Source: Acidobacteriota bacterium (GTDB lineage Bacteria; Acidobacteriota; UBA890; WLXD01). From it: a stretch of 64,000 bases of DNA. The position numbers and the translations under genes are program-made. This document shows positions 19,546 through 29,845 of this stretch, one piece after another; positions within the stretch are counted from its first letter, which is position 1; each line of letters begins with the position of its first letter. A model generated the notes under the pieces. The model saw only the letters and a list, made by a program, of their open reading frames with translations. It searched no databases and was not told where the DNA came from. Location of the stretch: assembly GCA_963666055.2 (NCBI GenBank), contig CAXWPH010000012.1, positions 256,001 through 320,000 on the forward strand, written 5' to 3'.

Positions 19546-20803
19546 CCAGACGATCAACCGCGCTGGCCTCATCAGCCGCCGTAAGCTGATCACCGCGGCC
19601 ACTGCCACCGCCGGCGTCGCCCTGACGCGCACGGCAGACGGCAGGGTGGTGCAGACGACGGCCCAGAACGTTCCGGAGACCCCGGAGGATCCCACCAAGG
19701 TGCCGGGCGCCACGTCGAGCGTGATCGGCGGCCGCTCGCCGTTCGAGCAACCCGAGCGCATCCTCACCAGCGAGCGCGGCGCGCGCACGCCGTTGCAAGA
19801 TCTGTACGGCATGATCACGCCTTCCGGACTCCATTTCGAGCGTCACCACGGGGGCGTGCCACAGATCGACCCAGATCGCCACAACCTGCTCATCCACGGG
19901 ATGGTGGAGCGGCCGCTGAAGCTCTCGCTCCGTGAGCTCAAGCGCTTCCCGGCGGTATCCCGGATCTGCTTTCTCGAATGCGCCGGCAACCTCTACTGGT
20001 ACGGACGTGAGGAGAACACCCCGGGTGACATCTGTGGCATGACCAGCCAGAGCGAATGGACCGGGGTGTTGCTATCGACCCTGTTCCGCGAGGTCGGCAT
20101 CGAGCCGAAGGCGACGTGGTTTCTCGCCGAGGGGGCCGACGCCGCTGTGATGACGCGCAGCATACCCATGAGCAAGGGATGGGACGACGCCATGATCGCC
20201 TACGCACAGAACGGCGAGGCGATACGCCCCGAGCAGGGCTACCCGATGCGCCTGCTGTTGCCGGGCTGGGAAGGCAACACCAGCATCAAGTGGCTGCGCC
20301 GCATCGAGGTGGCCGACGCACCGTTCATGACCCGTGAGGAAACCGCCCGGTATACCGAGGTATACACGGACGGCACGGCTCACATGTTCAGCTTCGTCAT
20401 GAACGCGCGCTCGATCATCACGTTCCCCGCCTATCCGAACCGTCTGCAGCCAGGCTGGGTGGAGATCCGCGGCCTCGCCTGGAGCGGCCGCGGCAAGATC
20501 CAGCGGGTCGACATCAGCACCGACTCCGGGCACTCCTGGGCGTCGGCGCAACTGCAGCCGCCGGTGCTTTCCAAGGCCCATACGCGCTTCCGTCATCTGT
20601 GGCAATGGAACGGCGCCGAGACCCAGATCCTGAGCCGCAGCGTCGATGAGAGCGGCTACGTGCAGCCCACCGGGCCGGAATTGGTTAAGATGCGCGGCCG
20701 TCCCGACACTTCCTACCATCTCAATCCGATCACCGCGTGGACGGTGCGCCGCGACGGTGCGGTGGTGTTCAGGGTGGAGGATCTCTGGCAGGGAGTCGGC
20801 TAG
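19535..20803 (+). CDS. soxC: SoxC-like molybdopterin oxidoreductase (sulfite oxidase family), Tat-exported
   Basis: SRRKLI Tat motif, LHFERHHGGVP, Mo-ligand Cys in FLECAGN, RPEQGYP, KWLRRIE, GLAWSGRG. Confidence 0.88.
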   Translation: MNDNQTINRAGLISRRKLITAATATAGVALTRTADGRVVQTTAQNVPETPEDPTKVPGATSSVIGGRSPFEQPERILTSERGARTPLQDLYGMITPSGLHFERHHGGVPQIDPDRHNLLIHGMVERPLKLSLRELKRFPAVSRICFLECAGNLYWYGREENTPGDICGMTSQSEWTGVLLSTLFREVGIEPKATWFLAEGADAAVMTRSIPMSKGWDDAMIAYAQNGEAIRPEQGYPMRLLLPGWEGNTSIKWLRRIEVADAPFMTREETARYTEVYTDGTAHMFSFVMNARSIITFPAYPNRLQPGWVEIRGLAWSGRGKIQRVDISTDSGHSWASAQLQPPVLSKAHTRFRHLWQWNGAETQILSRSVDESGYVQPTGPELVKMRGRPDTSYHLNPITAWTVRRDGAVVFRVEDLWQGVG

Positions 20804-20822
20804 CAGGCCGCAGTTCCCCCGC

Positions 20823-21101
20823 CTAGCAGGCCGTGGTGAAAGTGTGGTGGGTCTGGCGACAGGGTCTTGCGAAGTGGAGGCAAGGAGAGAGGAGGAGGCG
20901 ATGGTTACCCCATCGTTGACGAGGAACGACGCAGCATACGCGCGCAACCCCCTGTCGCCCGGGGGGTTACGGCGATTTGGGGCCATTTGCAGCGTTGGCC
21001 TTCCTCGACGATGGCTAGGGCATCGCCTGTGTCAGGCTGCCTTGCATCTGGCCCCAACTCGCCGTAACCAGACCCACCACACTTTCACCACGGCCTGCTA
21101 G
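20823..21101 (+). mobile_element. MITE family A, full copy (279 bp)
   Basis: Perfect 34-bp terminal inverted repeats including CTAG (CTAGCAGGCCGTGGTGAAAGTGTGGTGGGTCTGG); near-identical inverted copy at 41273-41551; no transposase. Confidence 0.9.
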
Positions 21102-21112
21102 CACTGCGAGCC

Positions 21113-22723
21113 ATGCGCTACAGCGACACGGACTTCGACATCATTGTGGTCGGGGCCGGCCACAACGGCCTGGTCGCGGCAGCCTATCTCGCCAAGGCGG
21201 GCCTGCGTACGCTGGTGCTCGAGCGGCGGGAGATCGTCGGCGGCGCGTGTGTTACCGAGGAGATCGCTCCCGGATGTCGCGCCTCGACCACGTCGTACAT
21301 CGCCAGCATGTTGCGTCCGGAGGTAATCCGTGACCTGAACCTGGGCGAGCACGGGCTCCGCATGGTGCCGTGCGATCCCGCGCTGCAAGTGGCGTTTCCC
21401 AACGGGACCGTGCTGCCATGGTGGCACGACCGCGATCGCACCGTCGCGGAGCTCGCCCGCTTTTCAGCACGCGACGCCCGCACCTTCGTGCGCGTCGACG
21501 ATGAGCTCAAGCAGCTGGCGCGCTACCTACAGCCGTTCTTCATGGAGCCGCCCCCCGATGTCCACAAGCGCGGCTTCGCTGGCCTGCTAGAGCTCATCCG
21601 GGTGGGACGTCGCTTCCTCGGCATGAGCGGCGACGAGATGGGCCGGCTGGTGTCGTTTCTGACCGGTAGCCTGGGCGAGTTCCTGGATCGCAACTACGAG
21701 TCTGACGAGGTCAAGGCGCTGTTTCTGGCCAACAACGTTTACGGCAAGCACGGCGGGCCCTACCAGCCCGGTACCGCCATCGGCCTGCTGTTCCATTTGC
21801 TCTCTGGCGGCGAGCACGACCAGCAGGGCTTCTCCGGACACGTCATCGGCGGCATGGGTGCCATTACCGAGGCCATGGCGACTGCCTGCCGGCAATTCGG
21901 CGTGGAAATCCGCACCTCCAGCCCGGTGAGCCAGATCGACGTACGCGACGGGCGTGCCCGCGGTGTCGTTCTGGAGGACGGAAGCGAGATCAGCGCCGCA
22001 ACTGTGGTATCGAACGCCGACCCCAAGCGCACGTTCCTTGGCCTCGTCGATGCCGATGTGCTCGACGACGAATTCCGGTCGGCGATCGCCGGTATCAAGA
22101 TGGACGGCCCCTGCGCCAAGGTGAACCTGGTGCTGTCCGAGGAGCCGCGCGTCAACGGCATGCCCGAGGACGCCAGCCCCGAGCAACGGTCACTATTCAC
22201 GCTGGTGCCATCGCTCGAGTTCGCCGAGCGCTGCTACGACATCGCCAAGATGGGCGAGATCCCGGAGCAATTGTGGGTGGATTGTGTGTGGGCCTCGGCG
22301 ATCGACGATACGCTGGCGCCGCCCGGGAGGCATATTGTCGGCTGTTTCGTGCAGTATGTCCCTTACCAGCTACGGGAGGGCACCTGGGACGATAACCGCG
22401 ACCTGCTCGGCGATCGCGTGGTTGCCACGATCGGCGAGTACGCGCCAAACGTTCCGGGCGCCGTGGTGGCGCGACAGGTGCTCACACCGCTCGACCTGGA
22501 GCGCACCTACGGACTTACCGAGGGCAACATCTTCCACGGTGACCTGAGTCTCGAGCAATTGTTCTTCATGCGGCCTGTGCCGGGATGGGCGCAGTACCGA
22601 ACACCTGTGCAGAGTCTCTACCTCTGCGGCGCTGGCGCACATCCCGGCGGTGGGGTTACCGCGGCACCAGGCCACAACGCCGCCAAGCAGGTGCTTGGCG
22701 ATCTACGCCGGAGGCGCGCATGA
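21113..22723 (+). CDS. Phytoene desaturase-family FAD-dependent oxidoreductase
   Basis: GAGHNGL, ERREIVGGAC, GGMGAIT, GNIFHG, LYLCGAGAHPGGGV. Confidence 0.9.
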   Translation: MRYSDTDFDIIVVGAGHNGLVAAAYLAKAGLRTLVLERREIVGGACVTEEIAPGCRASTTSYIASMLRPEVIRDLNLGEHGLRMVPCDPALQVAFPNGTVLPWWHDRDRTVAELARFSARDARTFVRVDDELKQLARYLQPFFMEPPPDVHKRGFAGLLELIRVGRRFLGMSGDEMGRLVSFLTGSLGEFLDRNYESDEVKALFLANNVYGKHGGPYQPGTAIGLLFHLLSGGEHDQQGFSGHVIGGMGAITEAMATACRQFGVEIRTSSPVSQIDVRDGRARGVVLEDGSEISAATVVSNADPKRTFLGLVDADVLDDEFRSAIAGIKMDGPCAKVNLVLSEEPRVNGMPEDASPEQRSLFTLVPSLEFAERCYDIAKMGEIPEQLWVDCVWASAIDDTLAPPGRHIVGCFVQYVPYQLREGTWDDNRDLLGDRVVATIGEYAPNVPGAVVARQVLTPLDLERTYGLTEGNIFHGDLSLEQLFFMRPVPGWAQYRTPVQSLYLCGAGAHPGGGVTAAPGHNAAKQVLGDLRRRRA

Positions 22724-23892
22724 ACAGCAACAACAACGCCGACATCGTCATCCTGGGCGCTGGGGTGATCGGCACGTCGATCGCTTTCCAGCTCGCCCGC
22801 CGCGCTCCCGGACGGGTCGTGTTGCTCGACCGAGACGTGGTGGCGGCCGGAGGCAGCGGGCGATCATCGGCCCTCATCCGTATGCACTACAGCTTCCCGC
22901 CCGAGGTCGAGCTGGCGCTGCGCAGCCTGGAGATCTTCAAGAACTGGGAGGACATCGTCGAGCGCCCGGCACACTTCCGCAATGTCGGCTTCGTACGCCT
23001 GGTGCCCGAGGCGGAGGTCGGGCGGTTGCGGGCACAGGTCGATATGCAGCGCGGTCTCGGCGCCAACGTCGAGCTCATCGGGGCCGGTGACCTTGCCCAG
23101 ATCGAGCCCGACTGGACCGTCGACGACGTCGCCTTGGCCGCCTACGAGCCCGATTCGGGGTACGGCGACGGCGCCGTCGTCGCCGGCGATTTCCTGTCAC
23201 GTGCACGGGAAATGGGTGTCGAGTACCTACCGCACACAAGTGCCACGGCGCTCCGTGCCGCGGGTGGCCGGATCCGCGCCGTGGAGACTGACGACGGGAC
23301 CATCGAGAGCCCGGTGGTGGTGTCGGCGATCGGTCCATGGACCAGGCCGTTGCTGAGCACGCTGCACCTGGACCTGCCGATCGAACCCGAATACCACCAG
23401 GTCGCCATCCTGCGGAATCCCCCCGGCATGAAGTCGGAGGGCTGCGCCTGCATCGACTCCATCACGAGGACGTACTTCCGGTCCGACGCCGGCGATCTCA
23501 CCTTGGTGGGCGACTTCTACGGGGACCGCAACGTCGACCCGAGTGACTTCCAGGAGAATCCCCCCGAGGAAGATCTCGCCGAGCTGGTGATGAGCGCCAC
23601 CGGTCGGATCCCGGCGCTGGTGGACGCCGGTATCCAACGCGCGGTTACAGGCATCTACGACGTCAGCCCCGACACTCGCCCGATACTCGGCGAGGTGCCC
23701 GAGGTTTCCGGGTTGTACGTCGCCGCAGGCTTCTCCGGGATGGGCTTCAAGATCTCACCGGCGATCGGCGTGGTGATGTCGGAGCTGCTGCTCGACGGTG
23801 CAGCCTCAACGGTCGACATCAGCGCCTTTCGGCCCGCACGCTTCGCCGAAGGTGCCCTGATCGAAGCCGAGCACGAGTACGAAGACGACTGA
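22720..23892 (+). CDS. FAD-dependent amine / D-amino-acid oxidoreductase (sarcosine oxidase beta/DadA family)
   Basis: ATG 22720 overlaps the upstream stop; GAGVIG, SGRSSALIR, YDVSPDTRPILG, GFSGMGFK. Confidence 0.9.
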   Translation: MNSNNNADIVILGAGVIGTSIAFQLARRAPGRVVLLDRDVVAAGGSGRSSALIRMHYSFPPEVELALRSLEIFKNWEDIVERPAHFRNVGFVRLVPEAEVGRLRAQVDMQRGLGANVELIGAGDLAQIEPDWTVDDVALAAYEPDSGYGDGAVVAGDFLSRAREMGVEYLPHTSATALRAAGGRIRAVETDDGTIESPVVVSAIGPWTRPLLSTLHLDLPIEPEYHQVAILRNPPGMKSEGCACIDSITRTYFRSDAGDLTLVGDFYGDRNVDPSDFQENPPEEDLAELVMSATGRIPALVDAGIQRAVTGIYDVSPDTRPILGEVPEVSGLYVAAGFSGMGFKISPAIGVVMSELLLDGAASTVDISAFRPARFAEGALIEAEHEYEDD

Positions 23893-23947
23893 CAGGCCTA
23901 CTCGAGTGACCGCACCGAGCTCGTCGGCGCGTGTTCTGCGGACAGCG

Positions 23948-26185
23948 CTACCAATCGAATGCGTAGGTCATCTTGGCGGTCAGCGACCGATCGTCGAGAC
24001 CATCGAACATGCCCTCGGCAGCGGTCGTCTGCCGATAGACAAGATAAAAGTCGTCGCCGGGGCGGTAGATAAAGCGCAGCCGCGCGAACAGCGACAGCTG
24101 ATCGCTCACGCTGCTGTACTGTGCGAGCGAGTCGATCAGCACTCGATCCGAGAAGTGCAGATTGGCGCGCACTCGGGCCAGATGGGTCTCGAACTCGCCA
24201 CCGGGTAGCCGCACTCGGTTGTAGCGGTACTCGGGCTGCAGGCCGAAGCGCTCGCTGAACCGGATCGAGGGGCCACCGCCGATCCCGACCCGTGTGCCAT
24301 CGTAGAAGTCTCCGAGGTCAACACTCACGTTGCCGCTGAGCCAACGGCGATTGGTCGTACGCAGGCTGATTCGTGCGTCGGTCCAGGAGTAACTGCCTAT
24401 CGGGATGGTCACGCTCTCGTCGATCTGGAAATCGAAGTCCAGGTGCTCGAAATTTCGGTGCACGCTGAACGTGAGCCGGTCGCCGGAGTCGAGCTCCAAG
24501 CTCGCGTCGGCGGCAGCGCGGCGAGAGACGAGGCGCCCGGAGGTATCGGTGATGTGCTCGAGCGATCCCGTCAACGAAGTCCGCCTCAGGACTGCCCACC
24601 CAGGCCGGGAAGACCATCGCGCTTGATAGTTCTGGCGAATGATGTCACGCCGCAGGATGAAGCCGAGGTCGCTGTCGAAGTCCTCTTCGATGTAGGTTAC
24701 GTCGCCCGAAGCGCCCCACTTGTCGGTATCCCAACCGACGCTGAACTGACCGGCCCACGGCGCGCCCTCGACGTCGCTGTCGCTCATCCCGGCAACAAAG
24801 CCGGATACGAACAGGTGGTCAAAGAACGTGAAGTCGACATCGGCGCCAAACACGCGGTTGAACTCGCCATCGGCGCCTTGCACGTTGGTGAACAGCGCCC
24901 CGATGCTGGAGCGACCCAGCACGTCCTGCTTCCAACGCACCGCCGTGTAGTTCTGGCCGGCGCCAAACTGCGAATCGTCGGTCTGCACGTTGAGCATGCC
25001 CAGGGTCCCGCTGCCGAGCTTGCCGGTGAGCTTACCGCCGAAACGGATGGGGACAGGCTCGCCGTCCGGCCCCAGGCCGATTCGCCGCGAGAAGAACAGC
25101 AGCGCCAGCGGCGGCTGCCGGCCGAAGCCGCCGCCTCCACCCTGGCCACGGCGCGACAGGGTGCCGAAGGTGAAGCTGTCGTTGGCCTCGAGGAAGAACT
25201 CGCGCTTCTCGGGAAAGAACAACGAGAAGCGGGTGAGGTTGACGCGCTGGTCGTCGACCTCGACCTGGGCGAAATCGGTGTTGGCGGTGAGGTTGGCGGT
25301 GAGGTTGGGGGTCAGCTGGATCTTGAAGACCTCGAGGCCGAACTCGCCGGTCCTCTCAGACACCGGATCGTCGCGCTGCTTCAGCGACTCGTAACCGGCG
25401 GTGGCGAACGGCTTGAGACGAAACCGCTCGGTGAGCTTCAGGTTCTCCAATCCCGCCAAGTGCCCCGATTGTGAGATGGCGCGCCAATCGTAGTCGCGGC
25501 CTAAGTTGTTCCAGTTGATCTCCTCGCGGTGGCGGCCGATGCCACGGTCGAGCTCCAGGCCCCAGACGTGTGTGCCCGTCGGATACCTGAGGATGGCGAA
25601 CGGAATCACCACCTCGGCCTCCCAGCCCTCATCGGTGAACGCGGTGGCTATCTCCCAGGCCTCGTCCCAGTTTCCATTCACCTGGCTTTCGTCGGTGATC
25701 ACCCAGTCGAACTTGGTGCCCAACGGGTTGGCGGCGAACATGAAGGCGTTGCGGTGGTCGTGGAACGTATCGAGCACCATCGTGATGTGGTCGTCGTCGA
25801 CCTTGAACGCATCGCGCTCGAGCGACGTCGCCACGATCGCTTCGGGGTTGTCGTCGAACAGCGTCCAGCCGAAATAGAGGTTGTCCTGGTCGTAGAGGAT
25901 CCGCACCTCGGTGCGCTGCGACGGTGGCGCCCCCGCGACGGGATCCTTCTGCGCAAAGTCGGTGATCACCTCGGCCGCTTCCCAAGCGAGGTCGTCAACT
26001 CGGCCGTCGAGCACCGGCGGGGTGCTCGTGAAGGTCGCCGTCGCGAGCTTGGTCTCCTCGGGTCCCGTCTGCGCCCCGACGGTGGGCGCGGCCAGCAGTG
26101 CGCCCAGCAAACCGGCGCAGGCGAGCAGCCGCCAGCCGCGTGTCCGAGACGGGTGTCTCTTGAAGATGGCACCGCCGTCGGACAT
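23948..26185 (-). CDS. CBM9-like + DUF5916 outer-membrane-type protein (paralog 1)
   Basis: PVLDGRVDD..W, LDTFHD, NTDFAQVEVD..VNLTRFSLFFPEKREFFLE, FFSRRIG; C-terminal aromatic residue. Confidence 0.88.
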   Translation of the reverse strand: MSDGGAIFKRHPSRTRGWRLLACAGLLGALLAAPTVGAQTGPEETKLATATFTSTPPVLDGRVDDLAWEAAEVITDFAQKDPVAGAPPSQRTEVRILYDQDNLYFGWTLFDDNPEAIVATSLERDAFKVDDDHITMVLDTFHDHRNAFMFAANPLGTKFDWVITDESQVNGNWDEAWEIATAFTDEGWEAEVVIPFAILRYPTGTHVWGLELDRGIGRHREEINWNNLGRDYDWRAISQSGHLAGLENLKLTERFRLKPFATAGYESLKQRDDPVSERTGEFGLEVFKIQLTPNLTANLTANTDFAQVEVDDQRVNLTRFSLFFPEKREFFLEANDSFTFGTLSRRGQGGGGGFGRQPPLALLFFSRRIGLGPDGEPVPIRFGGKLTGKLGSGTLGMLNVQTDDSQFGAGQNYTAVRWKQDVLGRSSIGALFTNVQGADGEFNRVFGADVDFTFFDHLFVSGFVAGMSDSDVEGAPWAGQFSVGWDTDKWGASGDVTYIEEDFDSDLGFILRRDIIRQNYQARWSSRPGWAVLRRTSLTGSLEHITDTSGRLVSRRAAADASLELDSGDRLTFSVHRNFEHLDFDFQIDESVTIPIGSYSWTDARISLRTTNRRWLSGNVSVDLGDFYDGTRVGIGGGPSIRFSERFGLQPEYRYNRVRLPGGEFETHLARVRANLHFSDRVLIDSLAQYSSVSDQLSLFARLRFIYRPGDDFYLVYRQTTAAEGMFDGLDDRSLTAKMTYAFDW

Positions 26186-26196
26186 TTGTGCGGAGA

Positions 26197-27907
26197 TCAG
26201 CTCTCGTCTTGCTGCTGGCGAGGGGCGGAAGTGCTGAGCTCTTGATAGAGCCAGCCGCCAACGAACAGGCTCACGCCCAGCGCCGCCAGGCTACCGATAC
26301 GCACCAGCGGTGCGGCGCCGGCAAGATCATAAAGCAACACCTTCAGGCCCGATACCGCGAACACCAGAAACGACGATCGTCCGAGCGTGGTGTCGTGCAA
26401 CCACAGAGCCACGATGAGCCCGGCAACGGCGATCGCTCCCCAGAGCACCGAGGTCAGGAAGCTCGCATCGACGAACCACACCACCGCGGCCATGGCCGCC
26501 ACGTGCGCCGCGTACAGAAGCGGCTGGCGCAACCCGAATACCCCCGCCTCCTGTCGCAGCACGCCGTAGCCAGCGTACAGAACGATCGGGTAGAGAAGGC
26601 GCAGCCATCCATCCGCGGGCACCTGATCCATGTTCACATCGCTCAGCACACGCAGGTAGTTGAGCGCGAAGACGGCGAACACCGCCAACTTCGCCAGCTG
26701 CGCGACCAGGCCAGCAGTATTGCGCGAACGCGTCATCAACGCGTACGCCACCACGGCGCCGAGCGCCACCCACGGCGCCAATCTTTCCGGGAGCAATTCC
26801 ACGTAACCAGCGTGCATGGTCACGAGCACGGCATAGGCGCCGACGATCCCGGCGCTGGCGGTCGTGGGCTGACGCATCAGGCGCGTGGCAACGAAGTGCG
26901 CGCCGAGCAGCACCGCCACGCTCCCGAAGGCGATCCAGGGCGCCCACGCTTCGACGTTCCGGTCGAGGATCGAGTACTCCAGCACATAGAAGATAAGCAG
27001 CGCCGGCATGTGGCCGTACGCGGCTTCCGCCTCGGTCATCGGAGACTCGTGCCGCACCGAATACACCACCGCGGTCACCGTGAAGATAAGTAGCTGCAGT
27101 GCCTGGTAGATCGCCGCGGTCCCCCAATCAGGCTGCCCGGCGTCGCGCCAGATCAGATCGAACCCGACGATCGCCAGGTACATCGCCACCAGGTAAGCGG
27201 TGCGCGAGCCGACCCAAAGAGCGTGCAAGCAGAACAGCACGCTCCAGGCAGAGAAATAGATCAGGAGATCCTCGAGATCGGGCCGCCAGGTGGGCAGTAG
27301 GAAGGGGGTCGACGTCGTCTGCCTTGTTTCGCTCTGGCTCGGTCACGTCTTCCGCACCGACATGTACGTTCTGTTTGCGGTTGTCGGCAACCGCGGCGGT
27401 GGCCGTCGGAGCACCGATCAATCCGTGATAAACATGCGCTCCGAAGACCGTCAGGAACAAGATGACCACACCGGCCCCCGGCAGCAATGCCGCGTAACGC
27501 CGCCTGCGACCGGCAAGGGCCAGGCCTAACGCGATGAGGGCCAGCCCGCTGAGGGCCGCCAGCGCCATCTGTCGTGACGGCGTCAACCATCCGGAGTCGA
27601 TCGCCAGGCGAATCAAATACATGGCCGCAAGCACCAACGCGGCGGCCCCGCTGATGCCGAGAACACCCGTCGCCATCGACAGCCGGGACCCGTCGGATCG
27701 TCCAGCAGCAGCCGGCATCGCTGGCTGCTTGTCGGGCTGCGGGGGTGATGCAACCACGCGTCTCGCCGGCGTGGGCGCGGCGGCCGGTGCCTTGGCGCTC
27801 TCGATCGGTTGCCCGGCAGGGGCCGGCGAACCCGCGCCCCCTCGCGCCTCCTCGAGTCGGCGGAGGCGTTCTTCCAGCCCGGCTAGCCGACGCTCGAGGT
27901 CGGTCAT
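26197..27907 (-). pseudogene. DUF2339-like membrane protein disrupted by an internal micro-inversion
   Basis: N-terminal half (RLAGLEERL...LAIDSGWLTP) and C-terminal half (KVLLYDL..LVRIGSL..LG) lie in different frames. The missing transmembrane segment reads on the + strand at 27314-27388. Confidence 0.8.
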
Positions 27908-28004
27908 TCGAAGCTCCCCCGTCTCTCGTGGAAACGGCGCAATGCCCGTGCCCACGGCGCAATTGCTGCGCTGATCGTAGTCTCCTGCTTGGGGCGCCTC
28001 AACC

Positions 28005-28631
28005 GTGCCAAATGTCGGCCCGTCAGTTCGTCCCTTCGCACATGCCGCGAAGATTGCATGTGCTGGAGGCCTGACGGCGGGACCCCCGTTAAACTCCGTT
28101 GCAGCGGGCATCGCCGCACAGGCTCTGGTGGCCGACGCGGCCTGCGTGATAGAAAGCTCGACGCGCCGCCCCAACATCAAGGGCAATGCGTCGAATATCC
28201 ATGTCTCCAACTTCGAGCCGCGCTCCACGGATGAGATCATCGGGGTAAGGGCCCACCACGCAGAGTTCTTCCCGGGCTTCGGCTCGGCACTTCCCATGCT
28301 CTCCTTCACACATGCCGCGAACGGCAATCGGGGGTTCGACGAAATGACCACCTATTCGATCTGGGCCGGCGGCGACCTGCTAGTGCTCGGGGCCGGTGAG
28401 GTGCTGGCGCAGAACTTCTTCGCCGACGAGTCGGCGGCGGCGCGCGCCAATGGCGATGAGCTCCGGGTCGGTCCGATCAACTGCCCGAATCCCAGCAACT
28501 TAGCCGATCCGTTCTGCGGCACGACGCAGTTCAGCAACGCGATGAAGACGGTCAAGAACGTGCCCGCCGGGGCCAACCTTACAATCGTGCGCCGTGGACC
28601 TGAGCTCCTACCGGATCCGTCCTTTGGGTAG
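28005..28631 (+). other. Possible degenerate gene fragment / hypothetical ORF
   Basis: The open frame fills the gap and its 3' part looks protein-like, but there is no clear start or family. Confidence 0.3.
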
Positions 28632-29805
28632 TGAGATTGCTGTAGCTTCGGGAATCGCGCCGAGCCGACGCGCCGATTCCATTACGCAGGCCGAGATCCG
28701 CGCCATGTTCATCGAGTGCGAGCGCGTCGACGGCATCAACCTGGCGCAGGGTACCTGCGACACGCCGACCCCCGAGCCGGTAGTCCAGGGTGTCCGCGAG
28801 GCTCTCGAGCAGGGAATCAATACCTACACCCGCTACGACGGCCTCGAGGTGTTGCGACAGGCAGTGGCGCGAAAGCTGGCGGCCTACAACGGCGTCGAGG
28901 TCGATCCCGAAACCGACATCGTGATCTCCTCAGGCTCGACTGGGGCGTTCTATGCCGTGTGCTTGTCGTTTCTCGATCCGGGAGACGAGGTCATCGTTTT
29001 CGAGCCCTACTACGGCTACCACGTCAACACGCTGGGCTCGGTTGAAGCGGTTCCGGTCATGGTCAAGCTCCAGCCTCCGGATTGGAACTTCGATCGGGCC
29101 GCCCTGGAAGTGGCTGTCTCGCCACGTACGAAGATGATCCTGGTCAATACGCCGGGCAACCCGTCCGGAAAGGTGTTCACCCGCGAGGAGCTCGAGTGGA
29201 TCGCCGAGCTTGCGGTGCGCAACGACCTCCTGGTGATCACCGACGAGATCTACGAGTACTTCCTCTATGGCGGTGCCGAGCACATCAGCCCCGGATCGCT
29301 GCCGCAGATTCGCGATCGGACGATCACCATCTCGGGTTACTCGAAGACCTTCAGCATCACCGGCTGGCGCATCGGCTATACGGCCAGCGAGGCACGATGG
29401 TCTAAGATCATCGGCTATATGAACGATCTCGTCTACGTATGCGCGCCGGCGCCGCTGCAGTACGGCGTCGCCGCCGGCGTCAACACGCTGAACGACACCT
29501 TCTTCGCTGACCTGGCGGTCGAGTATGAGGCCAAGCGAGATCGGTTCTGTGACGCGCTCGATAGCGCAGGCCTCACTCCGTGTGTTCCCGCCGGCGCCTA
29601 CTACGTGCTCGCCGACGCCTCTCATCTGCCGGGCGACGACGGCAAGGCGCGAGCCATGCACCTGCTGAATACCACCGGGATCGCGGCCGTTCCCGGCGAG
29701 GCGTTCTTCCAAGGAACCGACGCCAAGAGATACTTGCGCTTCTGTTTCGCCAAGGACGACGAGGTGCTGGCGGAAGCCTGCCAGCGACTCGCCGGCCTGG
29801 CCTGA
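28594..29805 (+). CDS. Class I/II PLP aminotransferase (start uncertain)
   Basis: INLAQG, NTPGNPSG, DEIYE, SKTFSITGWRIGY, LRFCFAK. Confidence 0.92.
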   Translation: MDLSSYRIRPLGSEIAVASGIAPSRRADSITQAEIRAMFIECERVDGINLAQGTCDTPTPEPVVQGVREALEQGINTYTRYDGLEVLRQAVARKLAAYNGVEVDPETDIVISSGSTGAFYAVCLSFLDPGDEVIVFEPYYGYHVNTLGSVEAVPVMVKLQPPDWNFDRAALEVAVSPRTKMILVNTPGNPSGKVFTREELEWIAELAVRNDLLVITDEIYEYFLYGGAEHISPGSLPQIRDRTITISGYSKTFSITGWRIGYTASEARWSKIIGYMNDLVYVCAPAPLQYGVAAGVNTLNDTFFADLAVEYEAKRDRFCDALDSAGLTPCVPAGAYYVLADASHLPGDDGKARAMHLLNTTGIAAVPGEAFFQGTDAKRYLRFCFAKDDEVLAEACQRLAGLA

Positions 29806-29845
29806 CGAGCCGGCCGGTGGCGATTTCGGCACCAGTGGTGGGGCG

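Noticed and set aside
20867-21067. 66-aa ORF (MRSGGKERGGG...) repeated at 41190-41507
   Set aside because: It lies wholly inside MITE A, has different lengths in the two copies, and shows no transposase motifs.
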